The translations under genes and the position numbers were made by a program. Under the pieces are notes generated by a model that searched no databases, had not been told where the DNA came from, and saw nothing but the letters and a program-made list of their open reading frames with translations. Positions 47,456-57,775 of a stretch of DNA of 64,000 bases are shown here, piece by piece. The stretch's first letter is position 1; the number at the start of each line of letters is the position of its first letter. This DNA is from Candidatus Pelearchaeum maunauluense (GTDB lineage Archaea > Thermoproteota > Nitrososphaeria_A > Caldarchaeales > Caldarchaeaceae), in assembly GCA_030059675.1 (NCBI GenBank), contig JANVYQ010000001.1, forward strand, positions 96,001 to 160,000. Reading direction: 5' to 3'.

Positions 47456-48020
47456 AGCTCTGCTCTCCTACGAGCCTCCCCACAATCCTCCCATCCTTAC
47501 CTATAACGACATACGTCGGCGTCCCAACTACTGAGTAGAGGTTGAAAACATCCAGATTCTCGTCAAACAGGACTGCCCAGCTTACGTCGTGCTTACGTAG
47601 GAACTCGGCCGACTTCTGCTCATCCGTCCTCGCGTCGTTTCCCATGACTGTTATGAACTTCACGCCCCTCTCTGCGTAGGTGTCGTGGAGCTTCTTTATG
47701 GTTGGGGCCATCCTGTTGCAGTGGGGGCACCACGAGAAGGCGAAGTCCATGAAGACCACGCTCCCCCGCGCTGCTGAGAGGCTGAACTCCTCGCCGCTCA
47801 GGCCGTTCTGCGTCAAGACCTTGAGCGTGAAGTCAGGCGCCTCCTCCCCCAGGTGGGTGTTCCCACCCCGCTGGACAGGCTTGGGCGGGATTGAGATGAT
47901 ATACGCCAAAGCACCAACCAGGAGTAGGGCGGGGATAAGCGCCACTATGAGCGCCCTCCTCCCAGTATCGCGCTTCTTCCTCCGCTCACGCGCGGCCTTG
48001 CGCTTAGATTTCTTAGACAT
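47412..48020 (-). CDS. Membrane-anchored TlpA/thioredoxin-like disulfide oxidoreductase
   Basis: TM, APDF, WCPHC, GTPT. Confidence 0.88.
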   Translation of the reverse strand: MSKKSKRKAARERRKKRDTGRRALIVALIPALLLVGALAYIISIPPKPVQRGGNTHLGEEAPDFTLKVLTQNGLSGEEFSLSAARGSVVFMDFAFSWCPHCNRMAPTIKKLHDTYAERGVKFITVMGNDARTDEQKSAEFLRKHDVSWAVLFDENLDVFNLYSVVGTPTYVVIGKDGRIVGRLVGEQSYDKLASLIEQALAS

Positions 48021-48086
48021 TCCAGAAGCCTCCCATGGAACTGTGAGAGCTACGTTATATAATCATTCACCATGGAGAACTCTAGG

Positions 48087-48812
48087 ATGTTTGAGGTTCT
48101 GGCCAGTATTGACTTGGTTGGGGGTAGGGTTGCGCGTCTAACGCGGGGAGACCCACGTGAGACGAGGTTTTACGAGAAGAGTCCAGAGGAGTATGCTGGG
48201 CTATGGAGCGGGGCTGGGTTTAGCATGCTGCATATTGTAGATATTGACGCCGCGCTGGGCTGTGGGGATAATCTTGACGTGATAGAGCGGATTCTCAGCA
48301 GAGCTGGGATACCAGCGCAGGTTGGAGGTGGTGTGAGAAGCCTTGAGCGCGCCAAGATGCTAATACAGCTAGGCGCCGCGCGCGTGATAATCTCAAGCAT
48401 AATCTTCAAACAGCGTGATGCTGCCCTGGCGATACTCAGGGAGCTGGGTGGCGATAGGGTTGTCGCCGCACTAGATTTTGACGAGCATGGTGAGGTGCTT
48501 ATCTATGGATGGAGAGGCGGCTCTGGATACAAGCTGGTAGACGCCCTACGTGAGATTTCAGCACTAGGGTTTGAGCGGTTCATGACCACAAGCACATCCC
48601 GCGATGGAACGCTGCGCGGAATAGACACGACAACGCTGAGCACTATACCAAACGAGATGCGTAGCCAAATCCTCGCGGCTGGCGGAATAGCAAACGTGGA
48701 AGACGTGCTGAAGCTTCGCGACATGGGTTTCGGAGGAGCTATACTCGGAAAAGCAATATACGAGGGCGCGATAAGTCCTGAAGGCCTCAGGCGGCTGGGG
48801 CTTCTCGGCTAA
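48087..48812 (+). CDS. hisA: ProFAR isomerase
   Basis: IDLVGGRVARL, HIVDID, QVGGGVR, RDGTL.G, LGKAIYEG. Confidence 0.9.
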   Translation: MFEVLASIDLVGGRVARLTRGDPRETRFYEKSPEEYAGLWSGAGFSMLHIVDIDAALGCGDNLDVIERILSRAGIPAQVGGGVRSLERAKMLIQLGAARVIISSIIFKQRDAALAILRELGGDRVVAALDFDEHGEVLIYGWRGGSGYKLVDALREISALGFERFMTTSTSRDGTLRGIDTTTLSTIPNEMRSQILAAGGIANVEDVLKLRDMGFGGAILGKAIYEGAISPEGLRRLGLLG

Positions 48813-48937
48813 GGAGAGGAGTAAAGAATATTAATCATCGTTCATTGTCAATCTGCTAACGAGGTTCGTCATTTTTATGGTGTTTTGCTGGTTTTTGTTA
48901 TGGATTTTTGGCATGTGTTGTTAAGGTTTAAATAGCG

Positions 48938-50248
48938 TTGAGTACGGTGCTTGAAACCCCAACGGCGGCAGCCATGTCAAGAACAACGCTAGAGCCGAGG
49001 ATTGTGCAAGACTACCTGCGCATCCCGCCGCAGGAGGATAAAGAGTTCTGGGATGCGCGTAAGATAGAGCATATCAGACTATTGGCGCGCTTCGGCAGGC
49101 CAGCATGGGTATGGGACCCGTATAAGCATGAGTCTAACAGGATTCTTGATAGGATTTCGTTCCTTGCTGAGCGTGATGACGGCGGGGAGCTGGGTGATGT
49201 TGATGGGGTGAGCACTAGGACGCTCCTCGCCTATGGTGGGATTGAGTTAACAACCCCAATCTATCTTGGTGATATGTCCTTTGGGGCGCTGAGCGGCGTT
49301 CCCAACATAGCGCTTGCGCGCGCAGCAGACATAACGGGCGCGCTCACTGGCACGGGTGAGGGTGGCCTCCACCCAGAGGTGAGGAAATGTAAGAGGATAA
49401 CCGTGCAGTGGGCGTCTGCGCGATTCGGCGTTGATATTGACGTGCTCAACACGGGCTTGGGGATTGTGATTAAGATAGGCCAGGGAGCCAAGCCTGGGAT
49501 AGGCGGCCACCTGCCAGGCGTGAAGGTTACAGAGCCGATAAGCACGACACGCCGCATACCAGTCGGTACTGACGCAATCTCACCAGCGCCCCACCATGAT
49601 ATTTACTCAATAGAAGACCTCGGCCAGCGCATATGGGCGTTGAAGGAAGCCACTGGCAAGCCCGTCTTCGTCAAGGTCGCTGTTACCAACTACATCACGT
49701 ACATCGCCTCTGGCGTGGCGCGTATGGGTGCTGATGGTATTATCATGGACGGGCAGGGAGCTGGGACAGGCGCTACTCCTGAGGTTATCCGCGATAATGT
49801 GGGGCTTCCGATAGAGATTGCTGTGCCAGCGGTTGATAGGCTGCTGCGCCGCGAGGGGCTGCGGGATGGTTTCTCAATAATAGCGGCGGGCCGCGTGAGC
49901 AGCGCGGAGGACACGGCGAAGCTCATAGCGCTTGGGGCTGACTGCATCTCCATAGGCACGGCAGCCCTAATCGGGATGGGCTGCATAATGGTTCACCGCT
50001 GCCACCTGGGATTCTGCCCAGCCGTGCTAACCAACAAGATAACCGAAAACCCGACGAAGGTTCTCTCGCTTGACATGGCTACGCAGTGGACGGTCAACCT
50101 AATCCGCGGCTGGACCGCCGAGCTTAAGCTGATAATGGATAGGGTGGGCGTTGATAGTATTGAGGAGCTTCGCGGGCGGCGTGAGCTCCTCACAGCCCGC
50201 GGCGTTGACGAGGAGACGGCGGCGATACTCGGTGTAGAGACCTCTTAG
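48938..50248 (+). CDS. Glutamate synthase FMN-binding subunit (GltB2-like)
   Basis: [51 protein letters not shown]. Confidence 0.92.
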   Translation: MSTVLETPTAAAMSRTTLEPRIVQDYLRIPPQEDKEFWDARKIEHIRLLARFGRPAWVWDPYKHESNRILDRISFLAERDDGGELGDVDGVSTRTLLAYGGIELTTPIYLGDMSFGALSGVPNIALARAADITGALTGTGEGGLHPEVRKCKRITVQWASARFGVDIDVLNTGLGIVIKIGQGAKPGIGGHLPGVKVTEPISTTRRIPVGTDAISPAPHHDIYSIEDLGQRIWALKEATGKPVFVKVAVTNYITYIASGVARMGADGIIMDGQGAGTGATPEVIRDNVGLPIEIAVPAVDRLLRREGLRDGFSIIAAGRVSSAEDTAKLIALGADCISIGTAALIGMGCIMVHRCHLGFCPAVLTNKITENPTKVLSLDMATQWTVNLIRGWTAELKLIMDRVGVDSIEELRGRRELLTARGVDEETAAILGVETS

Positions 50249-50255
50249 TGGCGGG

Positions 50256-51281
50256 GTGTTTTACAGAGCCTTGGAGACGGCAGTCTGGAGTAGGCGGAGG
50301 GTTAAACACCTCCAAGAGATGTCGGGCGCGGCTGGCAAGACACCAGGCGAGGCAGTGATAACCAGCATGGGTAGCACAGGCCCACCGCTGGTGGAGAACC
50401 CAGTCTTCATAACAGACCACCTAGTTAGCGATGGCGCCCAGGTTACGCGCCCCAGCATAGACCCTTACCGCGAGCCTATTGAGACGTATGTCTTCCTGGC
50501 TGGGGGTTTGGTTAGGCTCTCCCTTCCTGTGGTTGTTGAGGAGAGGCCAGGGGTCTCTGACGCTGTTGTGGCGGCTTTGGTTAGGGCGGCGTATAACATG
50601 GGTGTCTTGGCTTATCTGCGTAGGGCGCTACCAGAGGGGCTTGAGCGATACGCCGAGCGCGTCGTTGTTGATGCTGCCTATTATGAGGATGGGCTGGGCT
50701 ACGTCGGCATGGTGGCTGACTATGATAGCCAGTGGGAGCAGAGCGCTCTGCGCAGACTTGACTGCGTCAAGCTCCTACGAATACCAACAGCTGTGAGCTC
50801 TGCTCTTCTTGAGAGATGCGTGGCCGCTGGCTTCGGTGGCGTAGTCGTGGATGAGACACTTCCCGCAAGCAAGGAGAGCCCCCTGGAGCTGGCTGTCTCA
50901 GACGTTGATAGGACTTTGAAGAACATCAAGGAAGGCGGCGAGCCCGTGAGGAATGGGATGAGCGTTATAGCGTGTAGCCCGCGTATTAGGGGGTCTGACG
51001 ACGTGTTCAAGCTCCTTGGCCTGGGAGCCGACTGCGCAACAGTGGGCGAGGCCACGCTAGTAGCTACTGGCTTCAGGCAGGGGCGCCTGCCTGAGAAAAT
51101 GCAGGAGCTGGTGGAGAACTTCATCCTGGCTGTGCAGAAGGAGATTAAGCTCCTGGCGGGAGCAGCTGGGGTGAGCTGCGTCTATACATCAATCATAGGG
51201 AACCGCGAGCTCTTCAGGGCTATACTGCTTGAGCCTTCCCTGCGTAGGAGGCTTGGGGTTAAGCCCGCTGGCGTTGGGTGA
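50256..51281 (+). CDS. Degenerate glutamate synthase FMN-domain paralog
   Basis: AQVTRPSIDPYRE and DVFKLLGLGAD retained; catalytic and FeS motifs absent. Confidence 0.75.
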   Translation: MFYRALETAVWSRRRVKHLQEMSGAAGKTPGEAVITSMGSTGPPLVENPVFITDHLVSDGAQVTRPSIDPYREPIETYVFLAGGLVRLSLPVVVEERPGVSDAVVAALVRAAYNMGVLAYLRRALPEGLERYAERVVVDAAYYEDGLGYVGMVADYDSQWEQSALRRLDCVKLLRIPTAVSSALLERCVAAGFGGVVVDETLPASKESPLELAVSDVDRTLKNIKEGGEPVRNGMSVIACSPRIRGSDDVFKLLGLGADCATVGEATLVATGFRQGRLPEKMQELVENFILAVQKEIKLLAGAAGVSCVYTSIIGNRELFRAILLEPSLRRRLGVKPAGVG

Positions 51282-51288
51282 TGATTTG

Positions 51289-53322
51289 ATGAGCTTCCTA
51301 GATGAGCTTCCTGTGGTTAAGTCTGGCTGCGGCATTCTGGGGATACTGAGGAAGAAAGACGCGGACAAAATCCGCGCGCAGGAGGCTCTAAGCTCTATTG
51401 AGTGCGTCAGGTTTAGGGGGAGTAAGCTGGGCGCTGGGTTTGCGGCATACAACATGGATGGAGACAACAGCCACTATCGTATCAAGGTGTTCGTAGATGG
51501 CGTTGAGACTCTGGAGACTGTTAAGCAGATGCTAGCCGAGTATGGTGTCGTGCTTCGCGCTGAGCTCGGCTACGACGACTCTGGAGCTTCCAAGCTCCGC
51601 TCCTGGGCTGCCCTAGCTGACGCTCCCTCGCGCGAGGCTCTCACAAACGCGGTGACGAGGGTGAACGAAGTCTTGATGCAGGACGGGATGAGGGGGAGGA
51701 TATACTCGTGGGGCAGGTATGTGGATGTCTGCAAAGGCGTCGGATACCCTGAAGACGTGTGCATGGACTTCAGGCTCGTGGAGCGCGGCATGGAGGCTGA
51801 CCTATGGATAGCGCATACCCGCCAGCCCACGAACTCGCCTGGAATCCACCCAATCTGGTCGCATCCCTTCGCAGCCAACGAGTGGGCAATAGCGCATAAC
51901 GGCGACGTAAGCTCATACGGCGCCAACATGGAGTATCTCCGCTACCGCGGCTACACGAGCTTCATCGGAACGGACAGCGAGGTCATGGCGTACCTCCTAG
52001 ACCACCTAACCCGCGTCAGGGGGCTCGCGATAGAGGAGGCCGCCGAGATACTCTGCAACCCATACGAGGCCGAGCACGGCGGTATGGAGAGGATAATAGC
52101 ACATCGCGGCGCTTCCCTGGATGGGCCGTTCAGCGTGGTAGCGGGCTACTGTGATGGAGACGACATCTACATGCTCGCCCTGGCTGATAGGTCTAAGTTT
52201 AGGCCACTCGTCGTGGGCGAGGACGGGGAGCGCATCTACGTCGCGAGCGAGGAGGCTGAGATAAGAACACTATCCAGCGACGCGCGCGTATGGACTGTAA
52301 AGCCAGGCGGCTATCTCCTAGCATCGCTCAAACAAGGGATAATACACAGCGGCCGCGAGGATTACGAGCTATTCTACCGAAGCTACTGCTCACACCACGC
52401 ACCCGCACACGCCATAGACGCGGAGGGAATGGGATACGCTGAGCTAAACAGGAAGATAAGGGAGGCGCTCAATAACGGTGCGCGTGAGGTTCATGTCAAG
52501 AACGTGAGGGGCCAGCGCTATCTAGGCGTGAATATACCAGCAGGCTCAAGGCTACACATCTACGGAACCCCTGGGAACTGCCTGGCCAACTTCAACAAGG
52601 GGGCTGAGATATACGTCTACGGTAATGCCGAGGACGATGTCGCAGACGCAATGTACGGCGGCCGCGTCGTTATCCACGGCGACGCGCGCGACGTGATTGC
52701 GCAAGCATTCCAGGATGGCGAGATATTCGTCCGTGGAAACGTCGGGAATAGGGCTGCGATACAGATGCGCGAGTTCCAGGACAGGAGGCCATTTCTCATA
52801 GTGGGCGGACGCGCCGACGACTATCTCGGCGAGTACATGGCTGGCGGCGTTGTGATGATACTCGGCCTAGACGCCATGGAGTATGAGGACAAGCCGCTGG
52901 TGGGCAAATACGTAGCTACTGGGATGGTCGGCGGGAGAATCTACATACGCGGCAGGGTTGAGCAGTGGAGAATCGGCCTCCACCCACCAAAGACAGACAC
53001 GCTCCAATACCTCCGCGGCCTACTCATGGAAGGGCTGGTGGACGCTGAGACGTATGAGGAGCTATCCAGGGAGAGGATGATAACCTACTCCATGCTTGAG
53101 CAGCGTCTCCACCCCAAAGCCCTGAGCAGGATAAGCAAGCTCTTCATAAACAAATACTTCTCACCACCCCGCGTTGAGTATCGCAGGCTCCGTGATGACG
53201 ACCTGGCACTAGTGGGAGAGAGGCTACGCAGATTCTTCGCCGAGTTCCACCTAGGGGAGCAGCTGCTACAGCGCCTGCTGGAGTCGGAGTTCACGGTCAT
53301 AACTCCCCAGAAGAAGCACTAG
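51289..53322 (+). CDS. Glutamate synthase amidotransferase (Ntn) + GXGXG domain fusion (GltB1+GltB3)
   Basis: GCGILG, AHTRQPTNS, HNGD, TDSE, G..GEYMAGG. Confidence 0.9.
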   Translation: MSFLDELPVVKSGCGILGILRKKDADKIRAQEALSSIECVRFRGSKLGAGFAAYNMDGDNSHYRIKVFVDGVETLETVKQMLAEYGVVLRAELGYDDSGASKLRSWAALADAPSREALTNAVTRVNEVLMQDGMRGRIYSWGRYVDVCKGVGYPEDVCMDFRLVERGMEADLWIAHTRQPTNSPGIHPIWSHPFAANEWAIAHNGDVSSYGANMEYLRYRGYTSFIGTDSEVMAYLLDHLTRVRGLAIEEAAEILCNPYEAEHGGMERIIAHRGASLDGPFSVVAGYCDGDDIYMLALADRSKFRPLVVGEDGERIYVASEEAEIRTLSSDARVWTVKPGGYLLASLKQGIIHSGREDYELFYRSYCSHHAPAHAIDAEGMGYAELNRKIREALNNGAREVHVKNVRGQRYLGVNIPAGSRLHIYGTPGNCLANFNKGAEIYVYGNAEDDVADAMYGGRVVIHGDARDVIAQAFQDGEIFVRGNVGNRAAIQMREFQDRRPFLIVGGRADDYLGEYMAGGVVMILGLDAMEYEDKPLVGKYVATGMVGGRIYIRGRVEQWRIGLHPPKTDTLQYLRGLLMEGLVDAETYEELSRERMITYSMLEQRLHPKALSRISKLFINKYFSPPRVEYRRLRDDDLALVGERLRRFFAEFHLGEQLLQRLLESEFTVITPQKKH

Positions 53323-53351
53323 CGTTTATGAGCAGGCTCTAACACCTATCC

Positions 53352-54122
53352 ATGATGCCTCTAAGCAAGCGCATAATCCCCTGCCTTGACGTTGACCAGG
53401 GGCGCGTGGTTAAGGGGCGGATGTTCAGGGAGCTACGCGACGCTGGCAGGCCAGATGAGCTGGCGAGCCGCTACTCCGAAGAAGGGGCTGACGAGCTGGT
53501 CTTCCTAGACATAACCGCATCGGTGGAGAAGCGCGGCATACTCGTCAACGTGGTGCGTAGCGTCGCTTCCGTGATTAACATACCCTTCACGGTAGGAGGC
53601 GGGATAAGGTCTCCCGAAGACGCTGATATGGTTCTACACAACGGCGCCGACAAGGTCTCAATAAACACCGCAGCGGTCCGCGAGCCTAGGCTGGTTAAGA
53701 AGCTCTCGGAAACCTATGGAGCGCAGTGCATAGTAGTAGCCATAGACGCGAAGTCCAGCCCAGGCTTCCCGTCGGGCTATGAGGTCTATACACACGGGGG
53801 CAGGAATCCTGCTGGGCTTGACGCAGTAGAGTGGGCTAGGCGCGTGGAGGAGCTGGGAGCAGGCGAGATACTGCTCACCTCAATAGACAAAGACGGGACA
53901 CGCGAGGGCTATGACATCAAGCTAACACGCATGGTGGCGGAGGCGGTGAGCATACCAGTAATAGCCAGCGGCGGCGCAGGAGAGCCAGCACACATGTACG
54001 AGGTCCTAACAGAGGGGAAAGCAGACGCAGCACTCGCAGCATCAGTCTTCCACTACAACCAACACCTAATAGCAGAGGTCAAAAAATACCTAGCCAAACG
54101 CGGCGTCCAAGTACGTATGTAA
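53352..54122 (+). CDS. hisF: IGP synthase cyclase subunit
   Basis: [29 protein letters not shown]. Confidence 0.96.
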   Translation: MMPLSKRIIPCLDVDQGRVVKGRMFRELRDAGRPDELASRYSEEGADELVFLDITASVEKRGILVNVVRSVASVINIPFTVGGGIRSPEDADMVLHNGADKVSINTAAVREPRLVKKLSETYGAQCIVVAIDAKSSPGFPSGYEVYTHGGRNPAGLDAVEWARRVEELGAGEILLTSIDKDGTREGYDIKLTRMVAEAVSIPVIASGGAGEPAHMYEVLTEGKADAALAASVFHYNQHLIAEVKKYLAKRGVQVRM

Positions 54123-54196
54123 TGTAAATTTTATTAATCCTGCATATTATCAGCAAAATTTAATTAGACTTAAACCCGTATAGCGTAGATTAGGGT

Positions 54197-54442
54197 TTGA
54201 AGGAAGACCTGAGACTCAAAATTGACCCTAGGGGGCGACTAAGCATACCGTCGGACATAAGGGATGAGGTAGGTGATGAAGTAATACTTAGAAGAACACC
54301 CGAAGGCTTCCTACTCATACCAGCTAAACAGCATAACTTCTTGGAAGAGTTTCGCCGCATTATCTCATCCGAGCCGCAAAGAACGGGAAAACCTGAAAAC
54401 TGGGACCCGAAGAAGATGAAATCAGTATGGTTAGGGGACTAA
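54197..54442 (+). CDS. AbrB/VapB-type antitoxin
   Basis: KIDPRGRLSIPSDIR; upstream of a PIN gene; AT-rich. Confidence 0.8.
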   Translation: MKEDLRLKIDPRGRLSIPSDIRDEVGDEVILRRTPEGFLLIPAKQHNFLEEFRRIISSEPQRTGKPENWDPKKMKSVWLGD

Positions 54443-54448
54443 GTGCAT

Positions 54449-54874
54449 ATGGTTATTGGACTTGATACAAATGTCTTATGCTACGCGCTTGACCCCGCAT
54501 ATCCAGAGCATACCAAACTTAAGGGACTTCTTCTAAAATTATCTCCTGATAATATGCTTGCACTAAACCCAACAATCATACAAGAAGCCTATCATGTTCT
54601 AGTCTTTGGACAAAAATAGACTCCTAATGAAGCTATGAGAAAGCTGAGGATGTTACTAAAGCATCCTTACATAGTATTTTACGCTCAAAACAAGAAGATA
54701 TCAATGACGGCCCTGACCCTAGCAGCGCATTATGGTTTAGGAGGAAGAGACGCGCTTATTATCGCTAACTTTCTAACCAACAAAATACCCATAATGTATA
54801 CTCATGACCAAGAATTGCTAAAATTAGAAAAGCTTTCGTGGATAAATTTGAAATATCATTTAAAGACCCAATAA
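54449..54874 (+). pseudogene. VapC/PIN toxin with in-frame TAG at 54617-54619
   Basis: MVIGLDTNVL..QEAYH..QK*TPNEA..RDALII..THD. Confidence 0.85.
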
Positions 54875-54969
54875 CGGAAATGACTCGTAATAGGTATTGG
54901 TCTAAAAATTATGATTGTGAAGTAATACATGTTTAAAGAGTGGTTCTTGGTGTACCGACGGTGATTAAT

Positions 54970-55290
54970 ATGAAGGTAGATGAGCTGCGTTTTGATTCGC
55001 GGGACGGGCTTATACCTGTTGTTGTTCAGGATGTTAAGACGCGTGAGGTTCTTATGCTTGCTTATGCCAATCGCGAGGCTTTGGAGAGGACGCTCTCAAC
55101 TGGTTTTGCGCATTTCTGGAGCAGGACGCGGAGGAAGCTCTGGATGAAGGGCGAGGAGTCTGGGAACACGCAGCGGGTGGAGAAGATATTGGTGGACTGC
55201 GATGCCGACGCGCTAGTCTATCTCGTTACGCCTAGCGGCCCAGCGTGCCATACTGGGAATAGGACATGCTTTTACAGAAGCCTGGATTAG
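54970..55290 (+). CDS. hisI: Phosphoribosyl-AMP cyclohydrolase
   Basis: [32 protein letters not shown]. Confidence 0.95.
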   Translation: MKVDELRFDSRDGLIPVVVQDVKTREVLMLAYANREALERTLSTGFAHFWSRTRRKLWMKGEESGNTQRVEKILVDCDADALVYLVTPSGPACHTGNRTCFYRSLD

Positions 55291-55294
55291 CGTG

Positions 55295-55909
55295 TTATCG
55301 CTTTACTATCTTCATGAAGTTGCGCAGCATCTGCTCTCCTATCTTTGATGATTTCTCTGGGTGGAATTGTGTTCCGAAGATGTGTTTTTCTGAGATTACT
55401 GCTGGGAACTCTACGCCGTACTCGGCCTTCGCCGCAATTATGTTGGCTTCGCGTGGGTTTGGGTAGTATGTGTGGTTGAAGTATACCCATGCCTCTTCCA
55501 TCCCCTCCATCAGCGGTGTGTCTTTTACTCTTTTTATCGTGTTCCAGCCCATGTGGGGGCGTTTCACGCTTGGCGGCAACGCTACAACAATCCCCCTGAA
55601 GATTTCCAGCCCCCTCCCAGGGCCTTCCTCGCTCTCCTCAAACATCACCTGCATGCCTAGGCATATTCCGAGTGTTGGTGTTTCGTTTAGTATTTTTTCG
55701 CGTAGCTCCTCGCGGTAGGGCGCTATGTTCTCAGCCGCTGCCGCGAAGCTTCCCACGCCAGGCATTACGAGGGCGTCAAAACCGCCAGCGCGCGCGGGTT
55801 CTCTGCTTATAATCACCTCAGCGCCTAGTCGCTTTAGAGCGTTGGATATGCTGAAGATGTTCCCCACACCATAGCTTAGGACTAGTATCTTCACACCAAG
55901 CCAAACCAT
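55295..55909 (-). CDS. hisH: IGP synthase glutaminase subunit
   Basis: PGVG, GICLGMQ, PHMGWN, QFHPEKS. Confidence 0.95.
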   Translation of the reverse strand: MVWLGVKILVLSYGVGNIFSISNALKRLGAEVIISREPARAGGFDALVMPGVGSFAAAAENIAPYREELREKILNETPTLGICLGMQVMFEESEEGPGRGLEIFRGIVVALPPSVKRPHMGWNTIKRVKDTPLMEGMEEAWVYFNHTYYPNPREANIIAAKAEYGVEFPAVISEKHIFGTQFHPEKSSKIGEQMLRNFMKIVKR

Positions 55910-55913
55910 ACTC

Positions 55914-56519
55914 TTAGTGGTTTCTATTTTTGTTTTTGCGGCCCAGCCTTCGGTATGCTACGTATATCGCCGCCGCAGCGGCTACTACCGCTATCGTGAG
56001 CTGCTCAAAGTATGCGCGTACGAATTCTAGTATCGGCTCTCCGTATAGCATGATGAGCGTTGCCTCGGTCATGAATCTTGCTCCGCGGCCTATGAATGAG
56101 ATGATGATGAAGCCCTTGATGTTTCTGAGCCTGAATGCTCCAGATGCTATTGTGAAGACTTTGTAGGGGATTGGTGTGAAGGCAGCTATCCCGACAGCCC
56201 ATAGACCGTAGCGGTTGAAGTAGCCCTCAACGCGCATGACGCGCTCTTCCTCGATTATCTTCAGCAGGACTGGCCTGCCTCCCTTGAGGCCTATCCAGTA
56301 TCCCAGGAGCGCTCCTAGGACGGAGCCAGTTGTTGCGGTTAGGCCGTAGAGTATCGCGCCTTCTGGGTTTAGGAGGGATAGGGGTATGAGGACGGCGTCT
56401 GGGGGTATTGGGAAGAAGCTGGACTCGGCGAAGGCGAGGATGAAGAGCCCAGGGACGCCTAGTGGGACTAGATACGCGTGCGCCCAGCTTAGGAGAGCAT
56501 CCACCAGCCCGTCGGCCAA
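55914..56519 (-). CDS. YqaA/DedA (VTT-domain) membrane protein
   Basis: FAESSFFPIPPD, FTPIPYKVF, GRGARF. Confidence 0.9.
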   Translation of the reverse strand: MADGLVDALLSWAHAYLVPLGVPGLFILAFAESSFFPIPPDAVLIPLSLLNPEGAILYGLTATTGSVLGALLGYWIGLKGGRPVLLKIIEEERVMRVEGYFNRYGLWAVGIAAFTPIPYKVFTIASGAFRLRNIKGFIIISFIGRGARFMTEATLIMLYGEPILEFVRAYFEQLTIAVVAAAAAIYVAYRRLGRKNKNRNH

Positions 56520-56548
56520 GCCCCATCAACGAGGATAAGACGGCTATA

Positions 56549-57061
56549 TTACTGTTTGTAGGCGTAGCGTTTCGCCTGTCCTACTAGGAAGCTAGCCAGC
56601 TCCGCAAGGTCAAAGGGCCACGCATAGATTATCTCCACACCCCTAACCTTCTCCGACAACTCTTCCAGCTTCTCTGGGATATCCTCCTCAGAGTGCTCTC
56701 CGCCGCGAACCATCATGGTTGGGACGACAACTATCTTGTCGGGCTTCATATTCGCTGCCCTGCTTACTGCTTCTTCAATCGTTGGTGAGCAGAACTCGTT
56801 GAAGGCTGGGATTATGTCTAGGAAGTCTCCGCCCTTCTCCTTCATGGCTTTTACGAGCTCGTTGAGCCCGTGCCAGTAAGGGTCGTTTTCTGGTGTTCTT
56901 GGGTAGCTGCGTATCTCGGTGTCAAGCTCCTGGAAGCGGCGCTTAACATCTTCGCCGCCTGATGCTAGCTGCTTCTCAAGACGGACATACTCGGAGACCT
57001 TCTCGGCTGGATACCCTTTTGGCGGGGAGCCGTGGCCGACGAGTACAACAACCACACGCAT
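56549..57061 (-). CDS. CbiX/SirB-type chelatase-like protein
   Basis: LVGHGS, AFNEFCSPT, GGEHSEEDIP; start MRVVVVL. Confidence 0.82.
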   Translation of the reverse strand: MRVVVVLVGHGSPPKGYPAEKVSEYVRLEKQLASGGEDVKRRFQELDTEIRSYPRTPENDPYWHGLNELVKAMKEKGGDFLDIIPAFNEFCSPTIEEAVSRAANMKPDKIVVVPTMMVRGGEHSEEDIPEKLEELSEKVRGVEIIYAWPFDLAELASFLVGQAKRYAYKQ

Positions 57062-57150
57062 AGGCGAGATATGGGGCTGCGACCTTAAAAACCAATCCAT
57101 ACGCCGAATTGTGGATAAGTTTATGTATGCTCCCCTGTTGGGGGCGTAGC

Positions 57151-57729
57151 ATGGTTGAGAAACACACCTGCAAGCGCTGTGGCCACTCATTCAACTCACC
57201 AAAAGCTCTGAAGCAGCATACACGCTCCAAGCATTTCTCATACTACTTCGCTCTCAACATAGCGCCACCAATAATTATTGCCGCTCTCTTGGTTGTTGCG
57301 TCCATGATATTCATTCCACCGTATCTGGAGAGCCTGGCTCAGCAGGCTACGCAGACACCTGAGGAGATTACTGAGCGTTTCCTGACTGGGCATGAGGGTC
57401 TGGCGATGCACTACCACGTTACTCTGAGGGTTTTCGTGGATGGCGATGAGGTTGAGGTTCCGCGTTTCATGGGGTTGATGCCCGATGGAAGGATGCGCTA
57501 CATACACACGCACAGCACGCCGAACAGGATTCACATAGAGTCTCCCATAGTCTATAACTTCACGCTGGGGGACATCTTCAAGGTCTGGGGCAAGCGCTTT
57601 GACGAGAATTGTTTTGACACCTACTGCGGAAACCTAACTGTTTTGGTTAATGGTGAGGAGATAAGCGACCCCGTTAACTATGTTTTGAAGGATGAGGATG
57701 AGATAGTCGTGGAGGTCAGGACTTCCTAG
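57151..57729 (+). CDS. C2H2 zinc finger + TM + His-rich external domain protein
   Basis: CKRC..F..AL.QH..SKH; TM; HYH, IHTH, IHIES, FTLGDIF..WG. Confidence 0.7.
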   Translation: MVEKHTCKRCGHSFNSPKALKQHTRSKHFSYYFALNIAPPIIIAALLVVASMIFIPPYLESLAQQATQTPEEITERFLTGHEGLAMHYHVTLRVFVDGDEVEVPRFMGLMPDGRMRYIHTHSTPNRIHIESPIVYNFTLGDIFKVWGKRFDENCFDTYCGNLTVLVNGEEISDPVNYVLKDEDEIVVEVRTS

Positions 57730-57775
57730 GGGGCTGGTAGTACCTAGCCATATCCCGCTGGTCTATGGATATAAG

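Noticed and set aside
6577-54619. Several in-frame TAG codons suggesting amber/pyrrolysine recoding
   Set aside because: The expected residues differ (likely Ser, Trp, Glu/Lys), many intact genes end in TAG, frameshifts are just as common, and no pyl genes are in the window.
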